Positions 46,828 through 56,986 of a DNA stretch of 64,000 nucleotides are shown in pieces; the stretch's first letter is position 1, and the number at the start of each line of letters is the position of its first letter. The notes under the pieces are model-generated. The model saw only the letters and a list, made by a program, of their open reading frames with translations. It was not told where the DNA came from and did no database searches. This DNA is from an uncultured Verrucomicrobiota bacterium (GTDB taxonomy: Bacteria; Verrucomicrobiota; Verrucomicrobiia; Limisphaerales; SXQI01): positions 1,980 to 65,979 of the forward strand of contig CAYZKY010000002.1 of assembly GCA_964478815.1 (NCBI GenBank), read 5' to 3'. The translations under genes were made by a program, and so were the position numbers.

Positions 46828-48393
46828 TCACGGCGGAATGTGCGACCGGTGAATCGGCGTGGAGAGGCTCATCGGCAAGACGCGCTCTCCCAGAGGGCGC
46901 GAGAAGGTCACGCCGGCGAACCAGTCGGCCACCGTCACGCGGGCGGGCAGTGTCAGGATCAGCCCCTCCGGCGTTCGTTCCAGGGGAGCCTTGCGCCAGA
47001 TTCGGTTCCACCAGCGCTCGTCGACATTCGTCGACACATAAGCCCACAGTTCTCCGCCCTGCGGCATCGCCACGGCTTCTAACCGGAGCGACCGCCTGGA
47101 TTGACTGACGCGTGTCAGCCTCGGCACGGGTGTCCACCCCCACGCTAAATTCTCTGTATGAAAGAGCAATTCGCCGCTGGCCCACGCCGCCCCTCCGCTA
47201 TCTTGAGGGCCCCCAGGCAGCGTGAAGTCATGATTCACGCCGGGTGCGATGCACAAGCACTTCTCGCTCAGGATGGCGTCCAGTGTCTGCTGCGCCGCGG
47301 ACTGGTAAAAATAAGTGTCGTTCGAAGCGGCATACAACAGAATGCTTGCTCGCACGCGTTTCAGCCGGGGTGCTGGATCGAAATGAGCCAGCCATCTCCG
47401 GCGTTCCTCCTCCGTCTTCCCGAGGAGATACTCTCGCCAGACGGTTTCCATGAAAAAAGCGGTCCCGAACAATGAAAAGGCGCTGCGCACTCGCTCGTCG
47501 AGCAACGCACACAGCATGATCGAGACATATCCACCCAAACTCGAACCGCTGACGGCGACCCGCTTCGGGTCCACGTCCGGATGCTCCGACACCAGGTTGA
47601 AGGCCCCCAGAGCGGCGAGGATCGCATCGAACAGCATCGAAGCCCGCGCGTTCGGGATCGCGTCCCACGCGCGGACGTCCAGCGTCCGGTGCCGCGAGAG
47701 GCTCTGTTGCGTTTCGGGATTGGACAGCCCCGGCAGCTCCACGGCGATCGCCACGAATCCCAGCTTTGCCCACCACAACGCCATGAAATCCTGCGCCACG
47801 CCGTTGCCGCCGTGGCAGATCAGGATGCCCGGATGCGCCCGGGGCAGCCGCACCACCGGCTCCGCCAGCACGGCATAGACCTCGTTCGGCTGGATGCCGC
47901 CTTCGGCGGTGCCTTCGAAATTTGCGAAGCGAAACTTCCGCAGGCGGACGCCGTCCGTCGTTTCGTCTGAAAAAACGGTCGTCCACGGCGGCACCCGGCG
48001 CAGGTACGGGTAGAACAAATCGTCTTCCGGAATCGGTTCGGGCGGGGGGAGGGCGGCAGCCGAGGCGGTGCGAAAGAATCCGGTGCCGTTCCCCGTCGGC
48101 AACCGCAGTCCTTCGCCTGGCTGCACAGGTCGGGAGCCCCAGGTTACATCGTGCCAAAACCGAAAGTCGCGCGATTCTTGCAGCCGCCAGGCCCCCGCCG
48201 AACCAGGCTCTCCCTGCACCTTGAAGTCGATAAACCCTGGATTCGGCGGGTAGTTGGGTTGAACCAGCACTTGAGCCCGTCCCCCCGCGGTCAACGCCTG
48301 GACCAGGAGCAAACCCATCCCGCAAGCAGCCGCTAATCTCGAGATGAAATCGCGCCGCGGTATATCAATGCCGACATCCGTGGATCGCCTCAC
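46828..48393 (-). CDS. Secreted alpha/beta hydrolase (S9 peptidase / esterase-like)
   Basis: A Tat-like leader reads RRDFISRLAAACGMGLLLVQALTA. A hydrolase core is present (ILICHGGNG), with the nucleophile elbow VSGSSLGGY. Confidence 0.6.
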   Translation of the reverse strand: MRRSTDVGIDIPRRDFISRLAAACGMGLLLVQALTAGGRAQVLVQPNYPPNPGFIDFKVQGEPGSAGAWRLQESRDFRFWHDVTWGSRPVQPGEGLRLPTGNGTGFFRTASAAALPPPEPIPEDDLFYPYLRRVPPWTTVFSDETTDGVRLRKFRFANFEGTAEGGIQPNEVYAVLAEPVVRLPRAHPGILICHGGNGVAQDFMALWWAKLGFVAIAVELPGLSNPETQQSLSRHRTLDVRAWDAIPNARASMLFDAILAALGAFNLVSEHPDVDPKRVAVSGSSLGGYVSIMLCALLDERVRSAFSLFGTAFFMETVWREYLLGKTEEERRRWLAHFDPAPRLKRVRASILLYAASNDTYFYQSAAQQTLDAILSEKCLCIAPGVNHDFTLPGGPQDSGGAAWASGELLFHTENLAWGWTPVPRLTRVSQSRRSLRLEAVAMPQGGELWAYVSTNVDERWWNRIWRKAPLERTPEGLILTLPARVTVADWFAGVTFSRPLGERVLPMSLSTPIHRSHIPP

Positions 48394-48494
48394 GCACCTC
48401 TCCTATCTCGAATGAACCGCCGAAGCAAGCCCCCGACACGGATCGGGCGCGACTGGGCGCATCTCGGTATGCCCCCCGAGCGGCGCCGGCTTTT

Positions 48495-48522
48495 GGTTTG
48501 GAGTTCCGCGTTTACGCGGTCC
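48495..48522. repeat. Small GC hairpin element, intergenic copy
   Basis: The sequence is GGTTTGGAGTTCCGCGTTTACGCGGTCC. The hairpin is CCGCG-TTTA-CGCGG at 48506-48519. Confidence 0.6.
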
Positions 48523-48763
48523 GGGGGCAGGAAAAAATCGCGCACGGCGGCACTCTTCAACCTTGATTCATCCCATCCCCTGTCGCATACTAACGGTATG
48601 ACGACTCAATATGAGGCGTCATTGCGAAACAGGGACGTTCTGACTCAAACCTCTCCGTTTCCCAATGACCCGCTAACCGTTCGGACCTTTCCCGTACTTG
48701 GCATTTCCATGTCCTCCTTGGGAGCACGCTTGCTCCCAAGCATTCCCGCCTCCTGCTTGGAGT

Positions 48764-48895
48764 ATTTACACGCCGAGGCGGGCGTATTGACAGGCATTTA
48801 CACAGCGATTTACACACCTTTACACGCCGATTTACACGCATTTACACACCCATTTACACAGATTTACACACTATTTACACACTCCGTTTTTCACG
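48764..48895 (+). repeat. Array of 9-10 direct (A/C)TTTACAC(A/G) repeats phased at 10-12 bp
   Basis: TTACAC starts at 48766, 48798, 48810, 48820, 48832, 48842, 48854, 48864 and 48875, with a degenerate TTCACG at about 48890. The spacings are 32, 12, 10, 12, 10, 12, 10 and 11 bp. The array lies in the 625-bp gap between two minus-strand genes. Confidence 0.85.
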
Positions 48896-49018
48896 CAACC
48901 GTTTCTGGTTCAATGATTTGCGTAAAAAAACCTGTCCCTGAACGTCCCCCCCTCCCCCTCCCCCCGATTGACACACTCAACCCCAGCACGGACTGCCAGA
49001 AACTCACCGGATCGGACG

Positions 49019-50404
49019 TTAGCGTTGGCCCGGCGTGCGCGGTGGAGCGTGGATATCAAAGCGTTGCAAGATGGCATTCGCGGCCTGTTGCGGAGCGAGC
49101 CCCTGCGCGGCCAGGGCGGCGGCCTGACCGCTGATGAACGCCGTGGCGGTGCTGGTGCCGGTCGAGACGTAGGTCTGCCCTTGATAGCGCACCAGGCTGT
49201 TGCCCGGAGCCTTGACCTCCACGAAGTCCCCTCGGTTCGCGTAGGGGGCGAGATTTCCGTTCCAATCGGCGGCCGTCACGGCAATGACATTCGGGCTGGC
49301 GGCCGGATAAACCGGATCGGTGGTCGGCGTGTTTCCAGCCGAAGCAAAGACCAGGATGTCCTTCTGCCGCGCCGATTGCAGGAGGTACTCCACCAGCGGG
49401 CTGTCGCCGGTTCCGCCCAGGCTCAGATTGATCACGCTCGGGTTGGCCTGGATGGCCCGGTACAAACCTTGCGCCACCTCGAAGGTGGTGGTGGTTGCCT
49501 TGCTGCCGTAGATGTCGACCGGCAGCACCCGGACTTTGCCGGCATCGTCCGCCGACGCGGTGCGGGCCAGACTGTTGAGGAGGGTTTGCGCCATCGAGGT
49601 GGCGTGCGTCGGCGCGTCTGTTCCGACCGCGGCCTCGCCCCCCGCGACCTGGATGGTCGGCAGCACGAAGTCCTTCATCTTGCCCTCCAGCGGCTGGATG
49701 GCCGTATCCACCAGAGCCACCGTCACCTGCTCCGAAGCGGAGACCGGTTTCGGATCAATGGGAAACAAACTCGAGAGCGGCGCGGAACTGGATGCCTGGT
49801 TGACCGGCCTCTGATACGCGTAATTGTCGCTCGTTTCGAGATCGGTGCGGGCTTCGAGCTGGGTGCGGGCTTTATCGGCCGCCGCGTCGGTCTCGAACTC
49901 CAGGCGGTAAGAACGCAGCTCGTCGGAGCGCCCCGTTATCTTTGCGCCGAGTTCCGCCGCCAGGGTTTCGATATCCGTCTTCGCATTCGGGCCGAGCGTG
50001 ACGATGATCTCGTTCCGCAGCCAGTTTGCGGGTTTCGGTTCGCCGGGGACGCGTTCGGTCGCACCGGAAATGGAGCTGCGATAGACGTAAAGCCTGGACA
50101 GCCCGCGCGATTGCGGCAGCAAGGCGTAGTTTACCCGATCCAGCAATTGCCGCAGCGCCTCCCCTTGCGACAGATTCTGAAACGAGGCGGACACCCGCTG
50201 GTCGAGCCCCGGCTCGACATAGATCTTCCAGCCGCTGGCGGTGGCGAGGCGATTCAGCAGTTGCCAAAGAGGCCAATCCGAAACGGCGGCATCGACCGTT
50301 TTGTCGCGCTTCCAGCGCAGGACTTGCTCGGCCCGCGCGACATCCGAGCCCAGAAAGACCCATCCTACCAACCATAAGGCAACCAGGCACCGCACGCGCT
50401 TCAT
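49019..50404 (-). CDS. Subtilisin-like S8 serine peptidase with an N-terminal STN-like domain
   Basis: The signal peptide reads MKRVRCLVALWLVGWVFLGSDVARA. An STN-like segment follows (LWQLLNRLATASGWKIYVEPGLDQRVSASFQNLSQGEALRQLLDRVNYAL). The catalytic triad contexts are VALVDTA (D), THATSMA (H) and GTSTATAF (S). Confidence 0.8.
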   Translation of the reverse strand: MKRVRCLVALWLVGWVFLGSDVARAEQVLRWKRDKTVDAAVSDWPLWQLLNRLATASGWKIYVEPGLDQRVSASFQNLSQGEALRQLLDRVNYALLPQSRGLSRLYVYRSSISGATERVPGEPKPANWLRNEIIVTLGPNAKTDIETLAAELGAKITGRSDELRSYRLEFETDAAADKARTQLEARTDLETSDNYAYQRPVNQASSSAPLSSLFPIDPKPVSASEQVTVALVDTAIQPLEGKMKDFVLPTIQVAGGEAAVGTDAPTHATSMAQTLLNSLARTASADDAGKVRVLPVDIYGSKATTTTFEVAQGLYRAIQANPSVINLSLGGTGDSPLVEYLLQSARQKDILVFASAGNTPTTDPVYPAASPNVIAVTAADWNGNLAPYANRGDFVEVKAPGNSLVRYQGQTYVSTGTSTATAFISGQAAALAAQGLAPQQAANAILQRFDIHAPPRTPGQR

Positions 50405-50540
50405 GCTTTTCGCAAACTAGTTCAGTGGTAACCCCGGCACCAGCGAAACGTTGCGTTCCGCGGCCCTGCGCGGCCGGCCAACTCCCACATTTCAAACCGA
50501 ACCTTGCCCGGCCGTCGGAATTCGGGTCAACTGACCGAAC

Positions 50541-51785
50541 ATGCAACACGGGAAGATCACGCGCGCGCAGTGGCTTGTCCTTGCGGCGGCTTTTCTGGGC
50601 TGGCTGTTCGATGGATTCGAGATGGGCCTGTTCCCGGTGGTGGCCCGTCCCGCGCTGTCGAATCTGCTGGCCGGGAGCGTCGAGGGCTCGCTCGACAGCG
50701 TGGTTGGACAATGGATCGGCTATATCAATGCCGCCTTTCTGCTGGGCGCCGCCGCTGGTGGTTTGATCTTCGGATGGCTCGGAGACCGGATCGGGCGCGT
50801 CAAAGCCATGTCGCTGAGCATCGCGGTTTACTCGGTCTTCACGGCGTTCGGTTACTTCGCTCAATCTCCCTTTCAACTGGGCGGCCTCCGCTTTATCGCG
50901 GCTTTGGGCATGGGAGGCGAATGGTCGCTGGGGGTGGCCCTGGTCATGGAATGCTGGCCGGAACGATGGCGGCCGCTGCTGGCAGGCTGCATCGGCGCGG
51001 CGGCGAATTGCGGCTTTCTGCTCGTGGGATGGGTCGCCCGCCTCTATCCCGTGACGCCCGATTCGTGGCGCTGGATGTTCGTCGTGGGCGCGGCCCCGGC
51101 CGTGCTGGTGCTGCTCATCCGCTTGTTCGTGCCGGAATCCGAGCGCTGGCAGGCGGCCAAAGTAGAAAATGCCAGCCCCCTCGCGGAGGTGTTCCGCGCG
51201 CCACTGCTTCGCCACACGTTGCTGGGCATCACCTTCGCCTCGGTGGCGCTGATCGGCACCTGGGGCTCGGTCCAGAATATCCCGAGCTGGGTGGATCAAT
51301 TGACGGAAGGTAAAATTCCCGGCGCGAAAGCCTCCGCGCAAATGTGCTCCGCCTGGGGGGCGATTGTCGGGAGCCTCGCCGGACCGCTGATTGGCGGACG
51401 CTGGGGGCGCCGCCCGGCGTATTTTGGGCTCTGCCTGGCCTCGCTCGCCGTCACGCAAATTCTCTTCCGCACGTTCGATAGCTACAGCACCAGCCTGCTG
51501 GCCATAATCTTTCTGACTGGCCTTTGCACCGCAGCCTTTTATGGATGGTTCCCGCTCTACTTTCCCGAGCTCTTTCCCACTCGCGCCCGGGCAACCGGCC
51601 AGGGGGTCAGCTACAATACCGGCCGGGTTTTCGCTGCGGCCGGGGCCATCCTTGGCGGTCAACTGGTCGCCTCGTTCGACGGCAGCTTCGCCCGCGCCGC
51701 CGCCGTGATTACCTTGGTTTATATCATCGGGCTCGCTGTCATCTGGATCGCTCCAGAAACGCGAGGCAAAGGGCTGCCGGCGTAG
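50541..51785 (+). CDS. MFS transporter (paralogue of the CDS at 17814-19118)
   Basis: It has 12 helices. The N-terminus AAAFLGWLFDGFEMGLF and the loop GWLGDRIGRVKAM parallel the other MFS protein in the window. Confidence 0.8.
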   Translation: MQHGKITRAQWLVLAAAFLGWLFDGFEMGLFPVVARPALSNLLAGSVEGSLDSVVGQWIGYINAAFLLGAAAGGLIFGWLGDRIGRVKAMSLSIAVYSVFTAFGYFAQSPFQLGGLRFIAALGMGGEWSLGVALVMECWPERWRPLLAGCIGAAANCGFLLVGWVARLYPVTPDSWRWMFVVGAAPAVLVLLIRLFVPESERWQAAKVENASPLAEVFRAPLLRHTLLGITFASVALIGTWGSVQNIPSWVDQLTEGKIPGAKASAQMCSAWGAIVGSLAGPLIGGRWGRRPAYFGLCLASLAVTQILFRTFDSYSTSLLAIIFLTGLCTAAFYGWFPLYFPELFPTRARATGQGVSYNTGRVFAAAGAILGGQLVASFDGSFARAAAVITLVYIIGLAVIWIAPETRGKGLPA

Positions 51786-51821
51786 CTGGTGCCAGGCCGA
51801 GCTGTTGCGAGCCTCCGTCTT

Positions 51822-52787
<966 letters not shown>

Positions 52788-52917
52788 GGGTTAGCGGCGT
52801 GTGGTCAGATCCGCGGGAACATGAACGGGACTTCGTTCTGGGATGCGACAACCGGCGTGCGGCGGGCGAACCCGGCCTGACATCGAAGCATCCTGTCCAT
52901 CGTTGTCCGGCATGCTA

Positions 52918-53685
52918 CTACTGAAGGGTTCCGCGGGCAACAGTCCAAACATCGACCGGACCGGCGCCGTTCTGCCGCAACACTTTGGCGCAGGCGCTGG
53001 CCGTGGCGCCGGTGGTCAGCACGTCGTCCACGAGCACGATCCGCTCCCCCTGGAGCGCCGTCCGCCCCTTGAACTCGAAGGCGCGCAGCACATTCTCGGC
53101 GCGTTGCGAACGAGTCAGGCGGGTTTGGGTGGGCGTGTTGAGCCGCCGCCGCAGCCAATCGGTTCGCACCGGCAGGCCGGTGGCGCGGCTGAGGGCCTTC
53201 GCCAGACTCTTGGCCTGATTGAAGCCGCGCAGCCGGCGTTTCGACCAATGCAGCGGGATCGGCACGATGGCATCCCAGCTTGCCGAGGCCAGGCGCGGGG
53301 CGGCCTGTTCGATGAGAAGGCCGGCGAGAAATGGTTCGAAATAGGACCCGTGATCGTACTTGAAACGGTGGATGACCTGTTGCAGGAGAGGCGTCAATCG
53401 AGCGGCGGCACGCGCCGAGCGAAAGTGATGGCCCGACTCGCGGCACTCCGAACATTCGAAGGGCGAAAAGGCCTCCCCGTCGATAGGCGTGCCGCAGGTC
53501 CGGCAGAGCGGCTCTTCGATCCACCGGAGGCCATCGGGCGGGGCGGCGCAGGACCGGCACACATAACCTTCGGCGTGGGTCGCACGCTCGCCGTGGCACA
53601 CCTGGCAGACATTCGGATAGATCAACCCGAGGAACGCGTCCGCGAATTGCTCAAGCCGGTTCCGAATGGCGGAGATCTGAATCAT
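52918..53685 (-). CDS. comF: ComF-family phosphoribosyltransferase-like protein
   Basis: N-terminal Cys pairs are present (CQVCHG...CRSC, CRTCG...CSEC). The PRTase loop reads IVLVDDVLTTGATA. The start was set at the ATG at 53685. Confidence 0.8.
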   Translation of the reverse strand: MIQISAIRNRLEQFADAFLGLIYPNVCQVCHGERATHAEGYVCRSCAAPPDGLRWIEEPLCRTCGTPIDGEAFSPFECSECRESGHHFRSARAAARLTPLLQQVIHRFKYDHGSYFEPFLAGLLIEQAAPRLASASWDAIVPIPLHWSKRRLRGFNQAKSLAKALSRATGLPVRTDWLRRRLNTPTQTRLTRSQRAENVLRAFEFKGRTALQGERIVLVDDVLTTGATASACAKVLRQNGAGPVDVWTVARGTLQ

Positions 53686-54592
53686 GGTCGCACAGTTGAC
53701 GGCCAGGGGAGGCACGACGGAACCACCAGACGGAAACGGCGGCCAGGGTCAGGAGGATCATCGTGGCCATCCAGCCGTCCGACACGCGATTCGATCCCCA
53801 CACTTTGGGGGCGAATCCCGCCTGGGGTTGGGTGATGAATCCGTACATTTTCATGCCGAACACCATCGAGGCATGGAGCCCGGCCGGACCAGCCACCGAA
53901 CCGGTGCGCTCGAACAGCCAGGCGAAGATCCAGCCGAGAATGGTCAGGTTGAGCAACCCGGGCATGAGCGAGAGCGGATCGGCCCAGCCGGCGAGCGCCT
54001 GGCCGAGCGCCGGCAAACCGGTGTGCCAGTGCATCTCGGTTGGATTATCCGGACGGGCGAAGTAATGGGTGATGGAGTACAAGCCCCCGCTGACCAGGGC
54101 CGCCCAGGCAAAGGAGTTGGTTCGGCGCAAGGCGGCGAAAATCCCGCCGCGGAAGAGGGCTTCCTCCAGGATGCCCACGACCAGCCCGGCGGCGAGGGCA
54201 CCGGTCAGCCGACGGAACCAGGCGCGCCCGGTGTGATCAAAATGCCATTCGCGGGCTCCGGCGAGGACGGCGATGAGGAGGATCGCCGCCACGGTGAGCA
54301 GGCCCAGCCCTGCGCCCGCCAGCCATTGCCGCCGCAGCCGTGGCCAGGGAGTGGGTTGAACCACGAGACGGAACCGGCTGCCCAGGATGCTCAGCAAGGG
54401 CCACAGACCGGCCAAGGCCAGCAGGATCATGCAGCGGTTCAGGTAGCGATGGAACGGCTGGTCGGCAAATCCGGCGAAGGCCGGAGAAAGGCGGTCCAGC
54501 GCTTGGGCTCCCCACCACACCCAGGGTGCGAGGAGCGCCGCACCCACCAACACCATCGCCAGGTAACCTGCCACCAGCAGGATCGCACGCAT
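53651..54592 (-). CDS. CPBP-family intramembrane glutamic endopeptidase (CAAX protease-like)
   Basis: Motifs present are ILEEALFRGGIF (EExxxR), LYSITHYF (FxxxH) and GLHASMVF. The start was set at the ATG at 54592 (MRAILLVAGYL). Confidence 0.75.
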   Translation of the reverse strand: MRAILLVAGYLAMVLVGAALLAPWVWWGAQALDRLSPAFAGFADQPFHRYLNRCMILLALAGLWPLLSILGSRFRLVVQPTPWPRLRRQWLAGAGLGLLTVAAILLIAVLAGAREWHFDHTGRAWFRRLTGALAAGLVVGILEEALFRGGIFAALRRTNSFAWAALVSGGLYSITHYFARPDNPTEMHWHTGLPALGQALAGWADPLSLMPGLLNLTILGWIFAWLFERTGSVAGPAGLHASMVFGMKMYGFITQPQAGFAPKVWGSNRVSDGWMATMILLTLAAVSVWWFRRASPGRQLCDHDSDLRHSEPA

Positions 54593-54795
54593 CGCCGCAG
54601 GGTAGGGATTCCGCTCCCGAAAGGCCAGACGCGATGTAGCGGTCAAGCGGATCAATCACGAGGCGTGAGTGGTGGAGAGAAAAGAATTGGAAGTGGTGAA
54701 TTGTGGAGAATCGAGCGGGTTCAGCCTCTTTGACTATAGCGCAATATATTGATAGAAAATGAGTTATGATTATCGAAGGTGGGAAAAACAGGTGT

Positions 54796-54853
54796 GGTGA
54801 ATGAGTGGCGAATTCTGGTGAATTGTGGTGGTTTCTGGTGAATCGCGGTGATT
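54796..54853 (+). repeat. Array of five direct TGG(T/C)GA(A/T)T repeats phased at 10-11 bp, with an outlier copy at 54695
   Basis: GG(T/C)GA(A/T)T starts at 54796, 54807, 54817, 54837 and 54847, giving spacings of 11, 10, 20 and 10 bp. The array lies next to an AT-rich stretch (54725-54780) in the 286-bp gap between the UbiA-like gene's stop codon and the CPBP gene's start codon. Confidence 0.75.
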
Positions 54854-54878
54854 CGCGGAGGATCTGAACCTGGCGGAT

Positions 54879-55754
54879 TCAGGTCGCGGGGACATGGCGC
54901 TGAAAGAGGAGGGCGGCGGCGAAGAGGAGGAGCATGGCGAACGCGAGGGCGGCGGGAGAGCCGCCGATGGCGAGGAGGTCCACGACGACGATGCCGGCCA
55001 GGAGACCGGAGACGGTGCGTCCGACGTTTTTGGGCGAAGACCAGAAGGTAAAGGTGAGGCACCGGGCCACCCAGAAGAGCAAGGCAAACCAGGCGACGGG
55101 CACCACCAGCTTATACGGGGCCGGGGCTTCGTTGTTGACGATCCAGGCCAGGAGGAGTGGCGCTCCGAGAAACAGGCAGGGCCAGTACTTCAACGCGCCG
55201 CGGGTGCTCTCGCTTTTGGCGACGTAGCTCAGCCCCACAATGTAACTGCCGAGGGCAAATGCGCTCCAGAGGGCGATGCCGGTCACGCCTTCGTCGCCGG
55301 TGGCGGAGGCCATCAGGAAGAGGAAAAAGCGGCAGACCGCCATCAGAACCGGGGAGAAAGCCACCAGCTTGTGCACCGCATCATAGAGGAGAATCGCGAA
55401 GACCAGGAACATGGCGAGCCCGGTGACGGGGCTCGGCAGCAGCAAGGTCAGCGCGAGACCCGCCATGAGCCAGCCGAGGCCGAAGGCCCAGACCGTCCCG
55501 AGCCCGATGGCTCCCGAGGGGATGGGACGCTCCTTGCGGTGCTGGCGGTCGAATTCGATGTCGAAGGCGTCGTTGAGATACATCCCGCCCGTGTAGAGGC
55601 AGCTCGCGGCCAGGCAGAGCCAGAAGGCCGCGCTCCATGAACCGCCCCCGCCGAGCCACCAGCCGGCCAGACAGTTCGACCAGACGGTGGGAAGATTCGA
55701 GGCCCGTCCGAGAACCAGCAGCGTGCGCAGGTAGGGGTAATGCCAATTCGCCAT
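54879..55754 (-). CDS. UbiA-family prenyltransferase (EboC-like)
   Basis: It has about 8 helices. The first Asp-rich motif is YLNDAFDIEFD (NDxxDxxxD). It sits immediately downstream of an EboE-like gene. Confidence 0.75.
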   Translation of the reverse strand: MANWHYPYLRTLLVLGRASNLPTVWSNCLAGWWLGGGGSWSAAFWLCLAASCLYTGGMYLNDAFDIEFDRQHRKERPIPSGAIGLGTVWAFGLGWLMAGLALTLLLPSPVTGLAMFLVFAILLYDAVHKLVAFSPVLMAVCRFFLFLMASATGDEGVTGIALWSAFALGSYIVGLSYVAKSESTRGALKYWPCLFLGAPLLLAWIVNNEAPAPYKLVVPVAWFALLFWVARCLTFTFWSSPKNVGRTVSGLLAGIVVVDLLAIGGSPAALAFAMLLLFAAALLFQRHVPAT

Positions 55755-55770
55755 GCGGAAGCCGGGTCGG

Positions 55771-56925
55771 TCACGCGAGCCCGCGGGCGCGCAGATGCCC
55801 CAAGGTCCAATCGTACTCCGCGGCTAGTTGATCGACGACGTCGCGCTTTTTCAATTCGCCGGGCAGGACCTCCCAGGTGTAGGTCTCCATCTCGATATGC
55901 GAACACAGTTTGGGGTTCGCGGCGAGCTGGTCCATCACGCCGAGCAAATGGCTGGTGGTGGGCTGGAAGAGCGTCGTCGGAGCCGCGTGGAGCGGAATAT
56001 GGAAATGAATGCGCCATTCCTCGGCCGGGTCGGGGCGGGCCAGGGCTTCATCGAGATCGAGATAGCGGTGGAGCGTTCCGTCGGCCCGGCGGGCGACGAC
56101 CTGGTGGAAGTACACCGGGTCGATGAAGTTCTGAAGCGCGGCGCGCGCCTCCGGCGTGGGGATGACGCGCAGCGCGGAGCTGAAATGGAGCTTGCTGATC
56201 CGGAGGCCCGCGCTCCGCAGGCGGCCGAGGGCTTCGGCCGGTTCCTCATATTCTACCGCGAGATGGCAGGTGTCGTAATTCACGCCGAGATATCTCAGCA
56301 AACGGTCGTCGCCCGGGCGGTCGCGCTGGAGTGCTTCGAAAAAGCGAACCGTTTCCTCGGTGGTCTCGATATAGCAGAGCGGCTCCGGTTCGACGCCCAG
56401 GTGCAGCGTCTTGCCGCTGCGTTCGCAGAGCCGGGCGAGGTGATCCACCGTCCGCCAGAGGTTGTCCCGCATGGCGCGCTCCTGGCCGGGCTCGCGGATG
56501 AGCGGCTTGAACGAGCCGGGCACCGTGCTGACGCTGCCTTCGACGCCTTCCGGCACCAGCGTGGCCAGCAGATCGAACAGCAGATTCGTGTAAGCGACTC
56601 GTTCGGGCGTGGTCCAGTCGGGGATGTAGGCCAGTTCCTTGACGCGGCCGCCGTGGAACATGCCGTAGGGAAATCCATTGATCGTGAAGACGTAGCAATT
56701 CTCCCGGTCGAGCCAGCGCCGGAAATCGGCCAGCACATCCGGCCGGGCGAGTTGGCGGGCCGCCGGTTCGCTCAGGCGGAGGCCGATGGCGTACGGCTGT
56801 CCCGGCGCGACGCGGTCGCGGACCCGCAGAGTATGTTGCCGGAGCGTTTCGAATGTTTCCGGCCAATCCTGGCCACGATGAATATTCGTGCAGTAGGCCA
56901 GGTGAATATGGTGTTTGAGGCGCAC
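55771..56925 (-). CDS. Xylose-isomerase-like TIM-barrel protein of the EboE (metabolite traffic protein) type
   Basis: The N-terminus HLAYCTNIHRGQDW and the segments FTINGFPYGMFHGGRVKELAYIPDW and GSVSTVPGSFK match my recollection of EboE proteins. The start codon is GTG. Confidence 0.65.
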   Translation of the reverse strand: MRLKHHIHLAYCTNIHRGQDWPETFETLRQHTLRVRDRVAPGQPYAIGLRLSEPAARQLARPDVLADFRRWLDRENCYVFTINGFPYGMFHGGRVKELAYIPDWTTPERVAYTNLLFDLLATLVPEGVEGSVSTVPGSFKPLIREPGQERAMRDNLWRTVDHLARLCERSGKTLHLGVEPEPLCYIETTEETVRFFEALQRDRPGDDRLLRYLGVNYDTCHLAVEYEEPAEALGRLRSAGLRISKLHFSSALRVIPTPEARAALQNFIDPVYFHQVVARRADGTLHRYLDLDEALARPDPAEEWRIHFHIPLHAAPTTLFQPTTSHLLGVMDQLAANPKLCSHIEMETYTWEVLPGELKKRDVVDQLAAEYDWTLGHLRARGLA

Positions 56926-56986
56926 TCAGCGTCCTTTCCTGTCATGACGCGGTCCGCCCGGCACTTCAAGCTCGTTCACGCTTCGT

